From the sequence record LR756501.1: a stretch of 64,000 bases of DNA; one strand, 5' to 3'. The position numbers and the translations under genes were made by a program. The notes beneath the pieces are model-generated. The model was not told the origin of the DNA. It saw only the letters and a program-made list of their open reading frames with translations, and made no database searches. Below, in pieces: positions 29,349 through 40,824 of the stretch. The number at the start of each line of letters is the position of its first letter. Positions within the stretch are counted from its first letter, which is position 1.

Positions 29349-29660
29349 TTATTTTCCGAATAAAGATTTTATTTCATCAATTAATTCTTTTCCAAAGTAC
29401 CAAAGAGCCCACACGATAAATGCTATAATAGCTCCAATGAAACATTCACCCAATGTTAGTACCCAAAGATTTTCAAAGAATGTTACATCTGGTGTTGATC
29501 TGAAATTATCTGGATGATAGATTCTGCCAAAATATACAATCACACAATTTATAAGTATGATAGCAACAGCACTAAGTACTGGATAAAATTCGATATCTCT
29601 TTTCGTAGTATCTTTAATATACTTATCGTGCCAATCTTCTGGACTAAACACTTTTCTCAT
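29349..29660 (-). CDS. Hypothetical membrane protein
   Basis: Two hydrophobic segments. Confidence 0.65.
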   Translation of the reverse strand: MRKVFSPEDWHDKYIKDTTKRDIEFYPVLSAVAIILINCVIVYFGRIYHPDNFRSTPDVTFFENLWVLTLGECFIGAIIAFIVWALWYFGKELIDEIKSLFGK

Positions 29661-29726
29661 GATTTTCTTCTTTTAATGATAAGATAAACTATTAATACAA
29701 TAGCAATAATAAATAATGTTTTCATA

Positions 29727-30563
29727 TTACTTCATTTTACAATGACTGACGTCTTTCTTTGCAAATAAATGTTTTGGAACTCTCCAACTAATACCAGAGT
29801 TAACAAATGAGTTATCCAAACCACTTACGTAATTTACACCAAATGATAAATCCCATTGAATATTATCTGTGATATAGAATACACAACCAGCGTCACCCAT
29901 ATTACTTGGTGCTGTCCAATCAGCGTACATCACCATTGTCTCAGCAAAGATAGCGAATTTCGGTGTAATAAAAAAATACGCGGCTAAAGAAGCGTTATAT
30001 TGCATTCTTGGATCAAATCCATTATAGAAAAAACCAGCGTTACCAAAGAGTACAAGTTTATCAAAAAAACATTTTTGAACTGCTAAATTTACAGATGGTG
30101 CAAAATCTGGATAACGAAACTCCGGAATACCTACAACTGGAAGATAAGTAGTGGCAACAATAGCAATATCTGGTGCGTATTTCTTATCAGCAAGAAGGGG
30201 AATTTTAAATCCAACATTCACTCCCCTAACACCTGTATTAGTGAAAGTTCCAGTTGAATCACTCCAATTCATATTACCAAATTCAACACCGTAACGGAAC
30301 TCTAACCATTTAAAAGCACCGTAACGAATATAATTTGTATTGTAAAAAACGTTAGTTTTGGCACCATTATTAATATAAGATACGTTATTAAAATAATTGA
30401 AACCAAATCCCATTTCAATGTCCATTTGATGTAATCCTACAAGTTTTGCGTTATAAGTATATCCTGGACGATCTGGAATGTAAATGGTTTCACAAGTATC
30501 ACTTTGTCCGAAAAGCACAGTGCTAAAGAGCACTGTTAAAATTGCTAAAAATAATTTTCTCAT
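29727..30563 (-). CDS. Putative outer-membrane beta-barrel (transporter-like) protein
   Basis: Signal peptide, DRPGYTY motif, alternating aromatic strands, ends GISWR. Confidence 0.7.
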   Translation of the reverse strand: MRKLFLAILTVLFSTVLFGQSDTCETIYIPDRPGYTYNAKLVGLHQMDIEMGFGFNYFNNVSYINNGAKTNVFYNTNYIRYGAFKWLEFRYGVEFGNMNWSDSTGTFTNTGVRGVNVGFKIPLLADKKYAPDIAIVATTYLPVVGIPEFRYPDFAPSVNLAVQKCFFDKLVLFGNAGFFYNGFDPRMQYNASLAAYFFITPKFAIFAETMVMYADWTAPSNMGDAGCVFYITDNIQWDLSFGVNYVSGLDNSFVNSGISWRVPKHLFAKKDVSHCKMK

Positions 30564-30599
30564 TGTTGTTTGTTTTATGTATTTGTTATTAATTGATTA

Positions 30600-31580
30600 T
30601 TAACGCATTCCACCACCAGACTTCTTTGATCCACCAGATGGCGGTCTTGACGAAGGTCTTGATTGATTACTTGGTTGCCTAGTGGGTTGATTTCTTTGCA
30701 TGTTATTGTTATTACTAGGTCTTGGTTGATTATAGTTGTTATGTTGTGGCTGTTGCCTATTTGGTTGATTATGTTGTGGTTGTCTATTAGGCTGATTGTA
30801 ATTATTATGAATAGGGACAGGTTGTCTGTTACCTGGTCTATAAATATTGTTATTCCTACCTGGTGAATAAGTATTATTATAATGTTGTCTCATTTGAAGA
30901 GATTGATTCCTATAAGGTGCGTAATACCTATGAGCATTCGGTGCTCTATAAACATATCCTCTTCTGTAATAGTTATAATAAGGAGTGTGATAACCATGAT
31001 AAACATCATAATAATAAGGTGTCCAAGGATTCCAATAACCAGGGTAATATCCCCAACGATAAGGAGATACATATACACTATAATAAGGATTATACATATA
31101 ACTCATTATGGCCCAATTATATACAGGCACATAAGTTACTGTATTAGTTGTAAGAGCGTCACCCATACTTGGGTTTGGTGTGCTAGTTGGTGGTTCGATT
31201 ATATAATTTTCACCATAGAGTGCAACGTCTCCAACTACTTGAACGTGAATTTGTCCACCTTCTTTTTCAACTTCTATAACTGCAACGTCTTGTTTTTCAA
31301 ATTCGTTTACTGCTACTCTTAGAACTATAGCGTGTGCTGAACCATTCACGTGATCAACAACGTGAATATAATCAGTTCTTCCGTCACCGTTAAGATCAAG
31401 ATTGTTTATTCTTGAATCTTCAACGTTAAGATTTCTCTCAAAGTCTTCAAGAGTTTGTGATTTTTGGAATAGGTTTAATACTCCATAAAGGTTCAAGTTA
31501 TCACCTGGCATACCAAGTTGTTCTTGACCAAATAATACTGTGCTAAATAACATCAGTATAATAATAATAAATTTTCTCAT
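30600..31580 (-). CDS. Bacteroidota-type secreted protein with EF-hand-like DLNGDG motif, YxPY/W-rich segment and N/Q/P/R low-complexity tail
   Basis: Start moved to MRKFIIIILML; NNLDLNGDGRTDYI; QDVAVIEVEK. Confidence 0.75.
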   Translation of the reverse strand: MRKFIIIILMLFSTVLFGQEQLGMPGDNLNLYGVLNLFQKSQTLEDFERNLNVEDSRINNLDLNGDGRTDYIHVVDHVNGSAHAIVLRVAVNEFEKQDVAVIEVEKEGGQIHVQVVGDVALYGENYIIEPPTSTPNPSMGDALTTNTVTYVPVYNWAIMSYMYNPYYSVYVSPYRWGYYPGYWNPWTPYYYDVYHGYHTPYYNYYRRGYVYRAPNAHRYYAPYRNQSLQMRQHYNNTYSPGRNNNIYRPGNRQPVPIHNNYNQPNRQPQHNQPNRQQPQHNNYNQPRPSNNNNMQRNQPTRQPSNQSRPSSRPPSGGSKKSGGGMR

Positions 31581-31677
31581 ACAAAAAGTGTTGTTTTTAA
31601 GATTTCTAATTTCTCTTGAAACACAGGTTTGTTTTTGAAACAATCCTGTATATTTTTAATCATAGCATTATATCTAC

Positions 31678-32412
31678 TTATATCCTCTTTGTTGTTTTTA
31701 TTAACCAACTTATTATACATCGATTCAACTTCTCGACTTCAGGAAGATATGGAACTAATCCTTTTTCAGCGTAGACTTTACCACTATAATAAAATCCAAG
31801 ACTTTCTGCTGTATCACAACTATTACAAATGTTATCATCAAATTTTTCTGCTGATAAATCTAATGTGTAATACAGATAATTGAATATCATTTGATGAATA
31901 TTGTTGGCGTGCATGTAGTAACTTCTACCACCGTCTATATCAATTTCGTATTCATCCATAGTGGCACCACCAGCAACAGAAAGAAGTTTATGTTTATCAA
32001 GTTTTTTCCAATAATTAATAACACCTAATGTTCCGTAATGTGAAGAATGTCCACAACTATCGTAAGGTTGATATTCGTTTCCGAAATCTTCGTCGTCATA
32101 ATAATCATCGTCCTTTTTATGATTTTTTTCCCAATCGTTAATTTCTTTCTTAATCTTATCTTCGTTTGGAAGATAATCAATCATATAGTCACTAATTTCT
32201 TTAAGAGTAACTATTTTATCTCCAAAGATATATTCTTTATTGAGGTCACTAAGTTCTTTGATAGTTTCGTACCATTCCATAGTAGTCTGCAATTGGGCTG
32301 CAGGTTTACCATCATCGTAAAGTCTTTCTTTACAAAGATATTTTATTTTATTACGATCTTGTTTCTTATACCATTCATCTATGGTATTCCATCTATTTTT
32401 CAGATTTTCCAT
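31678..32412 (-). CDS. Hypothetical protein
   Basis: 244 aa ORF. Confidence 0.7.
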   Translation of the reverse strand: MENLKNRWNTIDEWYKKQDRNKIKYLCKERLYDDGKPAAQLQTTMEWYETIKELSDLNKEYIFGDKIVTLKEISDYMIDYLPNEDKIKKEINDWEKNHKKDDDYYDDEDFGNEYQPYDSCGHSSHYGTLGVINYWKKLDKHKLLSVAGGATMDEYEIDIDGGRSYYMHANNIHQMIFNYLYYTLDLSAEKFDDNICNSCDTAESLGFYYSGKVYAEKGLVPYLPEVEKLNRCIISWLIKTTKRI

Positions 32413-32687
32413 TCTAATTCGGTTAAAGTTTTTAAATCTTTTTCACTAACTTCTAAACATTTTTTAAAATAAGAAACCAAATACTCTCTATCATATAAAT
32501 CAATAAGACTCTTATACATATCTATATCAGACTGTAACAATTTAATCTTTTCACCTATTAGTTGGAGATCAAAGAAAAAACCTTCGGGACCAATAGAAAT
32601 TGGGCAAACTACTATATGATATTTATCAAAGATAGTAAATTTTCCACAATCTACAAAAAGATTTATTTGATCTGTCGTAAATTTCAT
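32400..32687 (-). CDS. Hypothetical protein
   Basis: 95 aa, overlaps neighbours by a few nt. Confidence 0.6.
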   Translation of the reverse strand: MKFTTDQINLFVDCGKFTIFDKYHIVVCPISIGPEGFFFDLQLIGEKIKLLQSDIDMYKSLIDLYDREYLVSYFKKCLEVSEKDLKTLTELEWKI

Positions 32688-33118
32688 TTATTTTTATTTT
32701 TATTATATTCATCAATCATTTCGCACTGTTTAAAAAGTATTTCATCACCCAAAAGTGCGAAAATAAACAGATGAGCCATTTCCCAACCTTTACCAGTTGG
32801 TTCAAATCTGGCAATAGGTGAATGGAAATCTTTATTCTCAGCAAAATGAGGATCAATACTTCCTTGTTTCAATAGATCATCCATCGAACATTCATATACC
32901 ATTACCTTATTACCTTCGTAATTAATACAATCTAAATATTTTATTTCAAGAAGTAAATAATTATCAAATTCCTGGTACCTGATTATCTTGTAACGATTAG
33001 GATTAGGATTAGGCAAAGGAGGAGTAGGGACTTTTACTATTTTAGTCTTAACTACTTCTCTATCAACGTACCTCACCTTATCGTAAGAACTACTCGAAAA
33101 ACCAATTGAAATTCCCAT
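32684..33118 (-). CDS. Hypothetical protein
   Basis: Start moved to the ATG at 33118; PTPPLPNPNP linker. Confidence 0.65.
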   Translation of the reverse strand: MGISIGFSSSSYDKVRYVDREVVKTKIVKVPTPPLPNPNPNRYKIIRYQEFDNYLLLEIKYLDCINYEGNKVMVYECSMDDLLKQGSIDPHFAENKDFHSPIARFEPTGKGWEMAHLFIFALLGDEILFKQCEMIDEYNKNKNK

Positions 33119-33128
33119 AACACAAATA

Positions 33129-33263
33129 TTAGTAATATACAACAGGTATTGGATCTCTTTCCATTGCTTCTCTAACTAAGTCACACTCAACACCGTTGTT
33201 TGAGTTGTAAACCATCATCATATCGTCTGGAAAATATTCCAGTTCTTCGTAATTTATATCCAT
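33129..33263 (-). CDS. Small acidic hypothetical protein, not in ORF track
   Basis: MDINYEELEYFPDDMMMVYNSNNGVECDLVREAMERDPIPVVYY fills the gap. Confidence 0.5.
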   Translation of the reverse strand: MDINYEELEYFPDDMMMVYNSNNGVECDLVREAMERDPIPVVYY

Positions 33264-33266
33264 GTC

Positions 33267-33731
33267 TTATCGTGTATAAACTGTTTCTATTGTTTTATCG
33301 TCTAAGTCAATTACCACATTGTAATCCCACCCCGAAAGAGTGATTACATTTTTCTTTTTATATACGTCTCTAATTTCGTAGACATTAAATAAAACTTTCC
33401 TATCACCAAAATCAAACATATAAAAATCTTCACTGTTCTTCAATTGGTAAAGATTTGGAGTACCTTCAGGGACAAAGAATGTTCCTTTTTCTTCCATACC
33501 GTCAGTGTTCCAATATTCCTTTGAATAAATATCATCTAAGTCTTGATATCTAATGAAATTTTTAAGTTCGTCTTTATCAATACCGTGAAGTTCCCACTTC
33601 TTTATTTCACTTTTACCAAACCAAGTATCTTTAAATTGCTTTGGTACGTCTTTAATTTTAGGTCCTAATACTTCTTCAGCTACATATGCTTCAGCGTATT
33701 CGTCAAACCAATCTTTTTCTTCTGTTGCCAT
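33267..33731 (-). CDS. Hypothetical protein
   Basis: 154 aa ORF. Confidence 0.7.
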   Translation of the reverse strand: MATEEKDWFDEYAEAYVAEEVLGPKIKDVPKQFKDTWFGKSEIKKWELHGIDKDELKNFIRYQDLDDIYSKEYWNTDGMEEKGTFFVPEGTPNLYQLKNSEDFYMFDFGDRKVLFNVYEIRDVYKKKNVITLSGWDYNVVIDLDDKTIETVYTR

Positions 33732-33735
33732 AATT

Positions 33736-33924
33736 TTAAGTATTTACGTTATTTTCATCTGAAACTAATTTATCTAAAATGGGAGTTACTGTATTAATAA
33801 CACTCTGCATTTTCCTTGCGTACTTAGCCCATTCTTCAATATCACCGTAAGTAAAGTTCTTATCGGATGCTTTACTTAATGATTTTTTGATTTCATCTAG
33901 CACTAATCTTTCTGTTACGTTCAT
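33736..33924 (-). CDS. Hypothetical protein
   Basis: 62 aa, coupled. Confidence 0.6.
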   Translation of the reverse strand: MNVTERLVLDEIKKSLSKASDKNFTYGDIEEWAKYARKMQSVINTVTPILDKLVSDENNVNT

Positions 33925-34118
33925 AATTTTTGATGTTTATCGTCTGTTATCCATTCTACTATTTCTCTATTTGCACATCTAGCTGACCAATAAGAAGATG
34001 CTCCCCCAAATCCTTGGGCTATACCGTAATGAAACATTTTAACTCTACATGGACAAAATATATGCCACAGTCCTATGTGCCAGGACATCCACCATTTAAA
34101 AATATTTTTCTTTTCCAT
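33921..34118 (-). CDS. Hypothetical Trp-rich protein
   Basis: 65 aa, coupled. Confidence 0.55.
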   Translation of the reverse strand: MEKKNIFKWWMSWHIGLWHIFCPCRVKMFHYGIAQGFGGASSYWSARCANREIVEWITDDKHQKL

Positions 34119-34489
34119 TATTCTATTGTATAAGTTGTTGGTAATGTGAAACCTTTATAATAAACAAATAATTCTTTTGTTTTATCGTTCACAACAATTG
34201 AATCTATTGTATTTTGACCTTTATTTATATACTTTATCTTTGAGTTGTTGTAATGAATAGGATTACTACAATTCCCTTTATGAGTACAGAAATCCGCGTA
34301 ATACCCTTGAAACAAGAAATATTCACAACCATCAATCTTAGTTATACCAAGAATTTGTGGTTTCCTACCTGTTGAAGTCATTGTTAATTTCTGTTCTGCG
34401 TTCATTTGTTCCAATTCAGCAGCACTTGGCCCACAAGATGTTAAGAACAATCCAGCAAACATCATCAATACACATGTAATTGTTTTCAT
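34118..34489 (-). CDS. Putative lipoprotein
   Basis: Lipobox LFLTSC-G; IDGCEY..THKGNCSNPIH motif. Confidence 0.75.
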   Translation of the reverse strand: MKTITCVLMMFAGLFLTSCGPSAAELEQMNAEQKLTMTSTGRKPQILGITKIDGCEYFLFQGYYADFCTHKGNCSNPIHYNNSKIKYINKGQNTIDSIVVNDKTKELFVYYKGFTLPTTYTIE

Positions 34490-34491
34490 AA

Positions 34492-34791
34492 TTAATAATT
34501 AAAAGGGTTTTTACCAAATGATAAATCTAAATTCTGTTTTGCGGTATAATCTCCAAGATGAATCTTCTTAGCCTTATCATAATGGTCTTTTGTTATTTCA
34601 CTCCAAAACATAAGTTTGAAATTGTGATCTGGATAATGAGATTTTGATTTACCCTTAGTATTGGTATATTCATACCACCCTCTATTGACTCTTTCATACC
34701 ATTCCATAGGATGAATATCAATAACATCACAATAAAAGTTATTCCCTAAGTCAGCCCAGCTATAGTGAATAAAATAATATTTCTCTTCCAT
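34492..34791 (-). CDS. Hypothetical protein
   Basis: 99 aa; DVIDIHPMEW..LMFWSEIT. Confidence 0.65.
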   Translation of the reverse strand: MEEKYYFIHYSWADLGNNFYCDVIDIHPMEWYERVNRGWYEYTNTKGKSKSHYPDHNFKLMFWSEITKDHYDKAKKIHLGDYTAKQNLDLSFGKNPFNY

Positions 34792-34797
34792 AATAAA

Positions 34798-35034
34798 TTA
34801 AATTAAAGGCCTTATAGCCCATGTTAACATAAAAACAAACGCGTTATTCAAAATTCCTTCTCCTAGATCCCCATCACAATATGCCATTAACCATATTAAA
34901 AAGCCAATCCACATGTATCCGAATAATAGAAATCCAAAAAATGCCCACCACCCTAGTGCGATACCACCAAGTATCATTGGTGTGAGGAACATAATTAATA
35001 ATACTACAAATAAAATTTTTCCAAATATAGACAT
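34798..35034 (-). CDS. Small membrane protein
   Basis: Almost entirely hydrophobic, 78 aa. Confidence 0.6.
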   Translation of the reverse strand: MSIFGKILFVVLLIMFLTPMILGGIALGWWAFFGFLLFGYMWIGFLIWLMAYCDGDLGEGILNNAFVFMLTWAIRPLI

Positions 35035-35044
35035 AATTTTAATA

Positions 35045-36325
35045 TTAACCTGAATAAACTAAATAAAAACCATTATTACTTTTCTCTAACTCTATCAACC
35101 CTAATAAATCAAATATATCTCTCTGCACCTTTAACCCGTTTCCAGATTTGTAACCAGTTGGATAACACTTATCTACAAGACTTTCAGCTTCGTAAAAATC
35201 TTCTAAATCATCAATCAATGTATTAACAGATTTATATTCTTGTTTTGGTTGCATATCAGGACCTTTGTTACATTCTAACATAAATGGGTTCAAGTCTTTA
35301 TCAACTACGAAATCCATTCCGAACACTTGTGCACAAAGATTGTTGTTTAAATTGCCTTTTCTACCAAGACTTGGTTTAACAGCGTCTATCACCATAGCCA
35401 CCTTGTTGTTTATTCTTTCAAAGAGCACGTCAGGATTATCATATCCGTTATCTAATAGATATGTTCTTAACTGTCTCATAGTCATTGGATTTTCATCGTA
35501 GACTTTAAGATCCAAATTGAAACTAGTAATGTTGTTTTCGAAATCAAGAGTTGAGTCGTCGTATTCTTTATTGGAGTAGATACATGTGGCGTATTTATTA
35601 ATGTGTGCTTCTACTACTCCATTTTTTATGGTGAGGAGAAGGTACATTCTTATATTAAGTTTTCTTTTATTTATAAGGAGAAGGTCTCTCTTGTAATTTT
35701 GAACAAGAGTGTAATTTTCTTTAGATTCAAGAATATCTTTGAGTTCTCTTGTGAGTTTTAATCCTTCTTTCCTTTGTCTTCTTGATTTGAGAATATAAAT
35801 TTCATTTTGTTTATATTGTTCTTTAAACAATTGAACGTGGTCGTCATTTGATAGGACAAATGTTTCTGGTAAAAGTTGGCTAGCACCTACTCTACCGTAA
35901 GCTTTTTCAAGAATGTTCCAAAGACAGGTTTTACCAACTAAGTCGTCACATCCCTGCACACCAAATATGATTTGATTTTCGTTATGAGGTGTTAATTTTT
36001 CTAAATCAATTTCAATTCTATTATAACCATTTGGTATATAGATGTTCCAATCATCGTCAAAATCTAGTTGATAGAATTTATATTTTCTAAGGATTTTAAT
36101 GAAACCAGATACACTGGAAGAATGACTATCACAATAGAATGATTTATATTTGCGAGTATCTTCTCTAACGAGATCTGAGAACTTTGGTAAGTTCATATAT
36201 TTGTGATAAATATCAGAAATCATATCTGTGATTTCGTGATTTCTATCAAGGAGGAAATCAAAAGTTTCAGGTTTTTTTTGAAACTTACTTATAATTTTTT
36301 CTAATAAAGACACAGTATCAGACAT
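35045..36325 (-). CDS. Tubulin-tyrosine ligase (TTL/TTLL) family ATP-grasp amino-acid ligase
   Basis: LLPETFVL, YILKSRRQRKEGLKLT, LVQNYKRDLLLINKRKLNIRMYLL, VFGMDFVVDKDLNPFMLECNKGPDM. Confidence 0.85.
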   Translation of the reverse strand: MSDTVSLLEKIISKFQKKPETFDFLLDRNHEITDMISDIYHKYMNLPKFSDLVREDTRKYKSFYCDSHSSSVSGFIKILRKYKFYQLDFDDDWNIYIPNGYNRIEIDLEKLTPHNENQIIFGVQGCDDLVGKTCLWNILEKAYGRVGASQLLPETFVLSNDDHVQLFKEQYKQNEIYILKSRRQRKEGLKLTRELKDILESKENYTLVQNYKRDLLLINKRKLNIRMYLLLTIKNGVVEAHINKYATCIYSNKEYDDSTLDFENNITSFNLDLKVYDENPMTMRQLRTYLLDNGYDNPDVLFERINNKVAMVIDAVKPSLGRKGNLNNNLCAQVFGMDFVVDKDLNPFMLECNKGPDMQPKQEYKSVNTLIDDLEDFYEAESLVDKCYPTGYKSGNGLKVQRDIFDLLGLIELEKSNNGFYLVYSG

Positions 36326-36331
36326 TATTTT

Positions 36332-36691
36332 TTATTTAGAAGTATCTAACGTATTAATTATTCTGTTAATTTTTTGCTTATTTAATCCCTTTTTCTTATT
36401 CTTGTACTTATTCTTTAACATTTTATAGAGATACTTACCGTCCTTATATTTTTTAATCTTATCGTCATTCACTTTTAAGATGTATATTGTTTTGTCTCCA
36501 CATCCGTAATACATCTCTCTAAAGACTTTTATATCTATATCACCCTCCCATACTTCTTCTTCAAATTTATCCTCTGGTGTATCAGACACCTTTATAAAAA
36601 TACCAAACCCGTCTTCGTGTTTAGATTTAGTAACAAGTAAATCACTATTTAGAGAAATAGTATCTCTAAGTAATTGTTTCAATTTCTTCAT
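36332..36691 (-). CDS. Hypothetical protein
   Basis: 119 aa ORF. Confidence 0.6.
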   Translation of the reverse strand: MKKLKQLLRDTISLNSDLLVTKSKHEDGFGIFIKVSDTPEDKFEEEVWEGDIDIKVFREMYYGCGDKTIYILKVNDDKIKKYKDGKYLYKMLKNKYKNKKKGLNKQKINRIINTLDTSK

Positions 36692-36706
36692 CCTAACAAA
36701 ATCTCT

Positions 36707-37063
36707 TTAATCGTTGGAAAAGTCATTTTCAAATTCTTTTTTAAGTTTAAGATACTCTTCGTATCTCCATTTTTTACTTTGTTCTTTCCTCTTTTCCAGT
36801 GAAAGTTTTCTCTTTTCAAACTCTTCGTCAGTTTCTTCTCTGTATCTCCAAACTTCCACTATATAACAAGGATCACTTGAACAATCTTGATCTTGATAAC
36901 CCTCATCAACTTCAATTCTTAAAGTATCAGTATCTTCTAATACAATATTCTTATCTTCTAACATCTTTTTTACTTCACCCCAATTATATTGGCGGCTTTC
37001 AGTCATTCTGGGAATTCCTTTTGATTTATGAAAGATTCTTTCCCTTTTTATCTCTTTTTTCAT
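36707..37063 (-). CDS. Hypothetical protein
   Basis: 118 aa; RYREETDEEFEKRK..YEEYLKLKKEFE. Confidence 0.7.
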   Translation of the reverse strand: MKKEIKRERIFHKSKGIPRMTESRQYNWGEVKKMLEDKNIVLEDTDTLRIEVDEGYQDQDCSSDPCYIVEVWRYREETDEEFEKRKLSLEKRKEQSKKWRYEEYLKLKKEFENDFSND

Positions 37064-37385
37064 GTTTACAAATATAATTAGAAATTTTGAGAAATAAAAA
37101 TTTCATAAATTTAATTTTTAAATCTTCCCACCAATTTGATAAATCAATGAGTTTATTTTGTATTAATGTTTTTTCAACAGTTAACTCTTCTTGATTATAA
37201 CATTCATCTGGTATTAAATAACCACAATCATATTCTAACCTATTATCCTTTATTAGAGCCCAGCCTTCACAATGATATATAATTCTACTATGTTTCCTTA
37301 GGTTCTTTATAATAACACAATGATGCTTGGTATTCTTACCAAACATCATCTGTGCTACCTGCCAATCTTTTAATTCTTCTTTCAT
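37026..37385 (-). CDS. Hypothetical protein
   Basis: 119 aa ORF directly downstream of groEL. Confidence 0.55.
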   Translation of the reverse strand: MKEELKDWQVAQMMFGKNTKHHCVIIKNLRKHSRIIYHCEGWALIKDNRLEYDCGYLIPDECYNQEELTVEKTLIQNKLIDLSNWWEDLKIKFMKFLFLKISNYICKHEKRDKKGKNLS

Positions 37386-37386
37386 A

Positions 37387-39003
<1,617 letters not shown>

Positions 39004-39017
39004 TTATTAATTATTTT

Positions 39018-39218
39018 TTAATGTGTTCCGTCAGCCAACGAAAATCCATGATGAAGACCGTGTTCGAAATCACATTTTTGATAACCAGCGACCTCTTCGT
39101 CTAAATGTTTACCAACCACTATACCAACTATATTACCAATATCAGATAAATCGCAACCTTTTGGAATTCCATTAAGTCCGCTTATTAATTCTTTTATAAT
39201 TACAGTAGTGTCTTTCAT
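39018..39218 (-). CDS. Hypothetical protein
   Basis: 66 aa; ends GFSLADGTH. Confidence 0.6.
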   Translation of the reverse strand: MKDTTVIIKELISGLNGIPKGCDLSDIGNIVGIVVGKHLDEEVAGYQKCDFEHGLHHGFSLADGTH

Positions 39219-39221
39219 AAC

Positions 39222-39389
39222 TTAATATTTTTTATCTCCGCAATTACTACATCTATCATAGTCTATCATATATGGATGATTTTTTAATCTGCACAAAAAT
39301 CTTTCCCATCTATTAACTGTCCTCCATCTATCATAAAGATATTTTTCTGTTTCAGCGTCTGGTTTTTCTATTAGATGTTTCAATTTCAT
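39222..39389 (-). CDS. Small hypothetical protein with C..H..CxxC, not in ORF track
   Basis: MKLKHLIEKPDAE..FLCRLKNHPY..RCSNCGDKKY, 55 aa, ATGA-coupled. Confidence 0.55.
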   Translation of the reverse strand: MKLKHLIEKPDAETEKYLYDRWRTVNRWERFLCRLKNHPYMIDYDRCSNCGDKKY

Positions 39390-39718
39390 TTTTGTAATTT
39401 CTTTATTATATCCATTTTCTTTTGTGGATATATTTTGATATAAACTTCAACTGGTGAGTACCTGTTTTCTCCTCTAAGATTACCAGTCTTTATTAATTTA
39501 CTTATATCTGTTTTTTCAGTAATTGTTTCGTCCGATGTTATTATACAAGGACAACATCTAAGATCTAGTTTCATTGGGCGTTTTGTATAACCCATTGTAA
39601 CTAGATCATTATAGATGTCTGATTCTTCATTTAATTTATTCTTTGATTCTTTGTTACTGTAATAATACAGCCATTGTAATTCAAGTTCTACTAGTTTATT
39701 TAATTCTTCTATCGTCAT
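39386..39718 (-). CDS. Hypothetical protein
   Basis: 110 aa ORF. Confidence 0.65.
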   Translation of the reverse strand: MTIEELNKLVELELQWLYYYSNKESKNKLNEESDIYNDLVTMGYTKRPMKLDLRCCPCIITSDETITEKTDISKLIKTGNLRGENRYSPVEVYIKIYPQKKMDIIKKLQK

Positions 39719-39843
39719 TATACTTCATTCTTGAGCCTCTTCAAAAGTTCAGAGTTCTTTTCAATTATTTTTCTGTTCTTCACCTTGTTAGCTCTGTTTT
39801 TGCTATAAATTTTGTGTTGCCTTTTCTTAATTGATTGTCCCAT
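39718..39843 (-). CDS. Small highly basic protein, not in ORF track
   Basis: MGQSIKKRQHKIYSKNRANKVKNRKIIEKNSELLKRLKNEV (41 aa); its stop overlaps the next start. Confidence 0.55.
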   Translation of the reverse strand: MGQSIKKRQHKIYSKNRANKVKNRKIIEKNSELLKRLKNEV

Positions 39844-39860
39844 TTTATCTTACTTATTTT

Positions 39861-40028
39861 TTATCTATATATTATTGTGGTCAATATTTTACTGCTCTCA
39901 CTTATATTACTAGGTATATATATTTGTGATATAGTTACTATCTCAACGTCCTCTTCGTCATATAACCAATTATCAAGGGATTCTTGAAACTGTAAAAATG
40001 ACTTATTTTCAAAATATATCGTTTTCAT
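39861..40028 (-). CDS. Small hypothetical protein
   Basis: Start moved to MKTIYFENKS. Confidence 0.55.
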   Translation of the reverse strand: MKTIYFENKSFLQFQESLDNWLYDEEDVEIVTISQIYIPSNISESSKILTTIIYR

Positions 40029-40029
40029 A

Positions 40030-40824
40030 TTACATATAATATATTCCGTGTCCACCATATTCGTCCCAATCATTCATATAACCGTACCTATCCATTTCAT
40101 TTCCAACCTTTTTATCACCGATTGGAAGTTCTTCCCATTTAATTAAACAAGAAGCCTTTGCTAGATTTTCAAGAAACTTAATATCAGTTCTTTCAGAATG
40201 GCTATGTTCGTTGAAGTAACCAACTGATAAGTTAGTACACTCTGGCACAACACCGAAAAAAGTTGCACTATCAGTAAAAATACCAGTATTATCTGGACGA
40301 TAGTTAAGACCATGAGAATTAAGCTGCTCGGCTAAGGTGAGCGCAAATTCCTGACTACAACCACGTCTACCAATTTGGTGAGTGATAACAGAATGATAAG
40401 CCCTTCTATCAAAGGATACCATTCTATCAAAGTCTGAGAAGAATTCTCTGTCTTTACGTAAAATCGCGTCAGAACCTACACATCCACTTTCTTCACCCTG
40501 GAAGAAGTAGTAAGTTCCTGGAATTTTCCTATAAATCATATACAGCATAATAGCCATACCGCACTTGTCGTCTGCACTTAGTACAGTTTTTCCGTCTGTT
40601 GAAATCATGTTACCGTTGATAACGTGGGTAACTTTCTCGTAACGACCGCAAGCTGTGTCCATGTGGCAAGTGAAGATAGTTCTGCTACCTTTACCGATTG
40701 TAATATAATAGTTCCCGCACCCGTCTTCGATTATATCTTTTGGGAAGAATTTTTCCAATCTGTTTTCCATTCCGTGTGGAATGGTATATTCTGTTAGTTC
40801 TAAAAATAGTTTTTTAATGTTCAT
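40030..40824 (-). CDS. Zn-dependent M28/M20-family peptidase-like protein
   Basis: CHMDT, LSADDKCG, GEESGCVGS, SFDRR, TNLSVGYFNEH. Confidence 0.85.
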   Translation of the reverse strand: MNIKKLFLELTEYTIPHGMENRLEKFFPKDIIEDGCGNYYITIGKGSRTIFTCHMDTACGRYEKVTHVINGNMISTDGKTVLSADDKCGMAIMLYMIYRKIPGTYYFFQGEESGCVGSDAILRKDREFFSDFDRMVSFDRRAYHSVITHQIGRRGCSQEFALTLAEQLNSHGLNYRPDNTGIFTDSATFFGVVPECTNLSVGYFNEHSHSERTDIKFLENLAKASCLIKWEELPIGDKKVGNEMDRYGYMNDWDEYGGHGIYYM

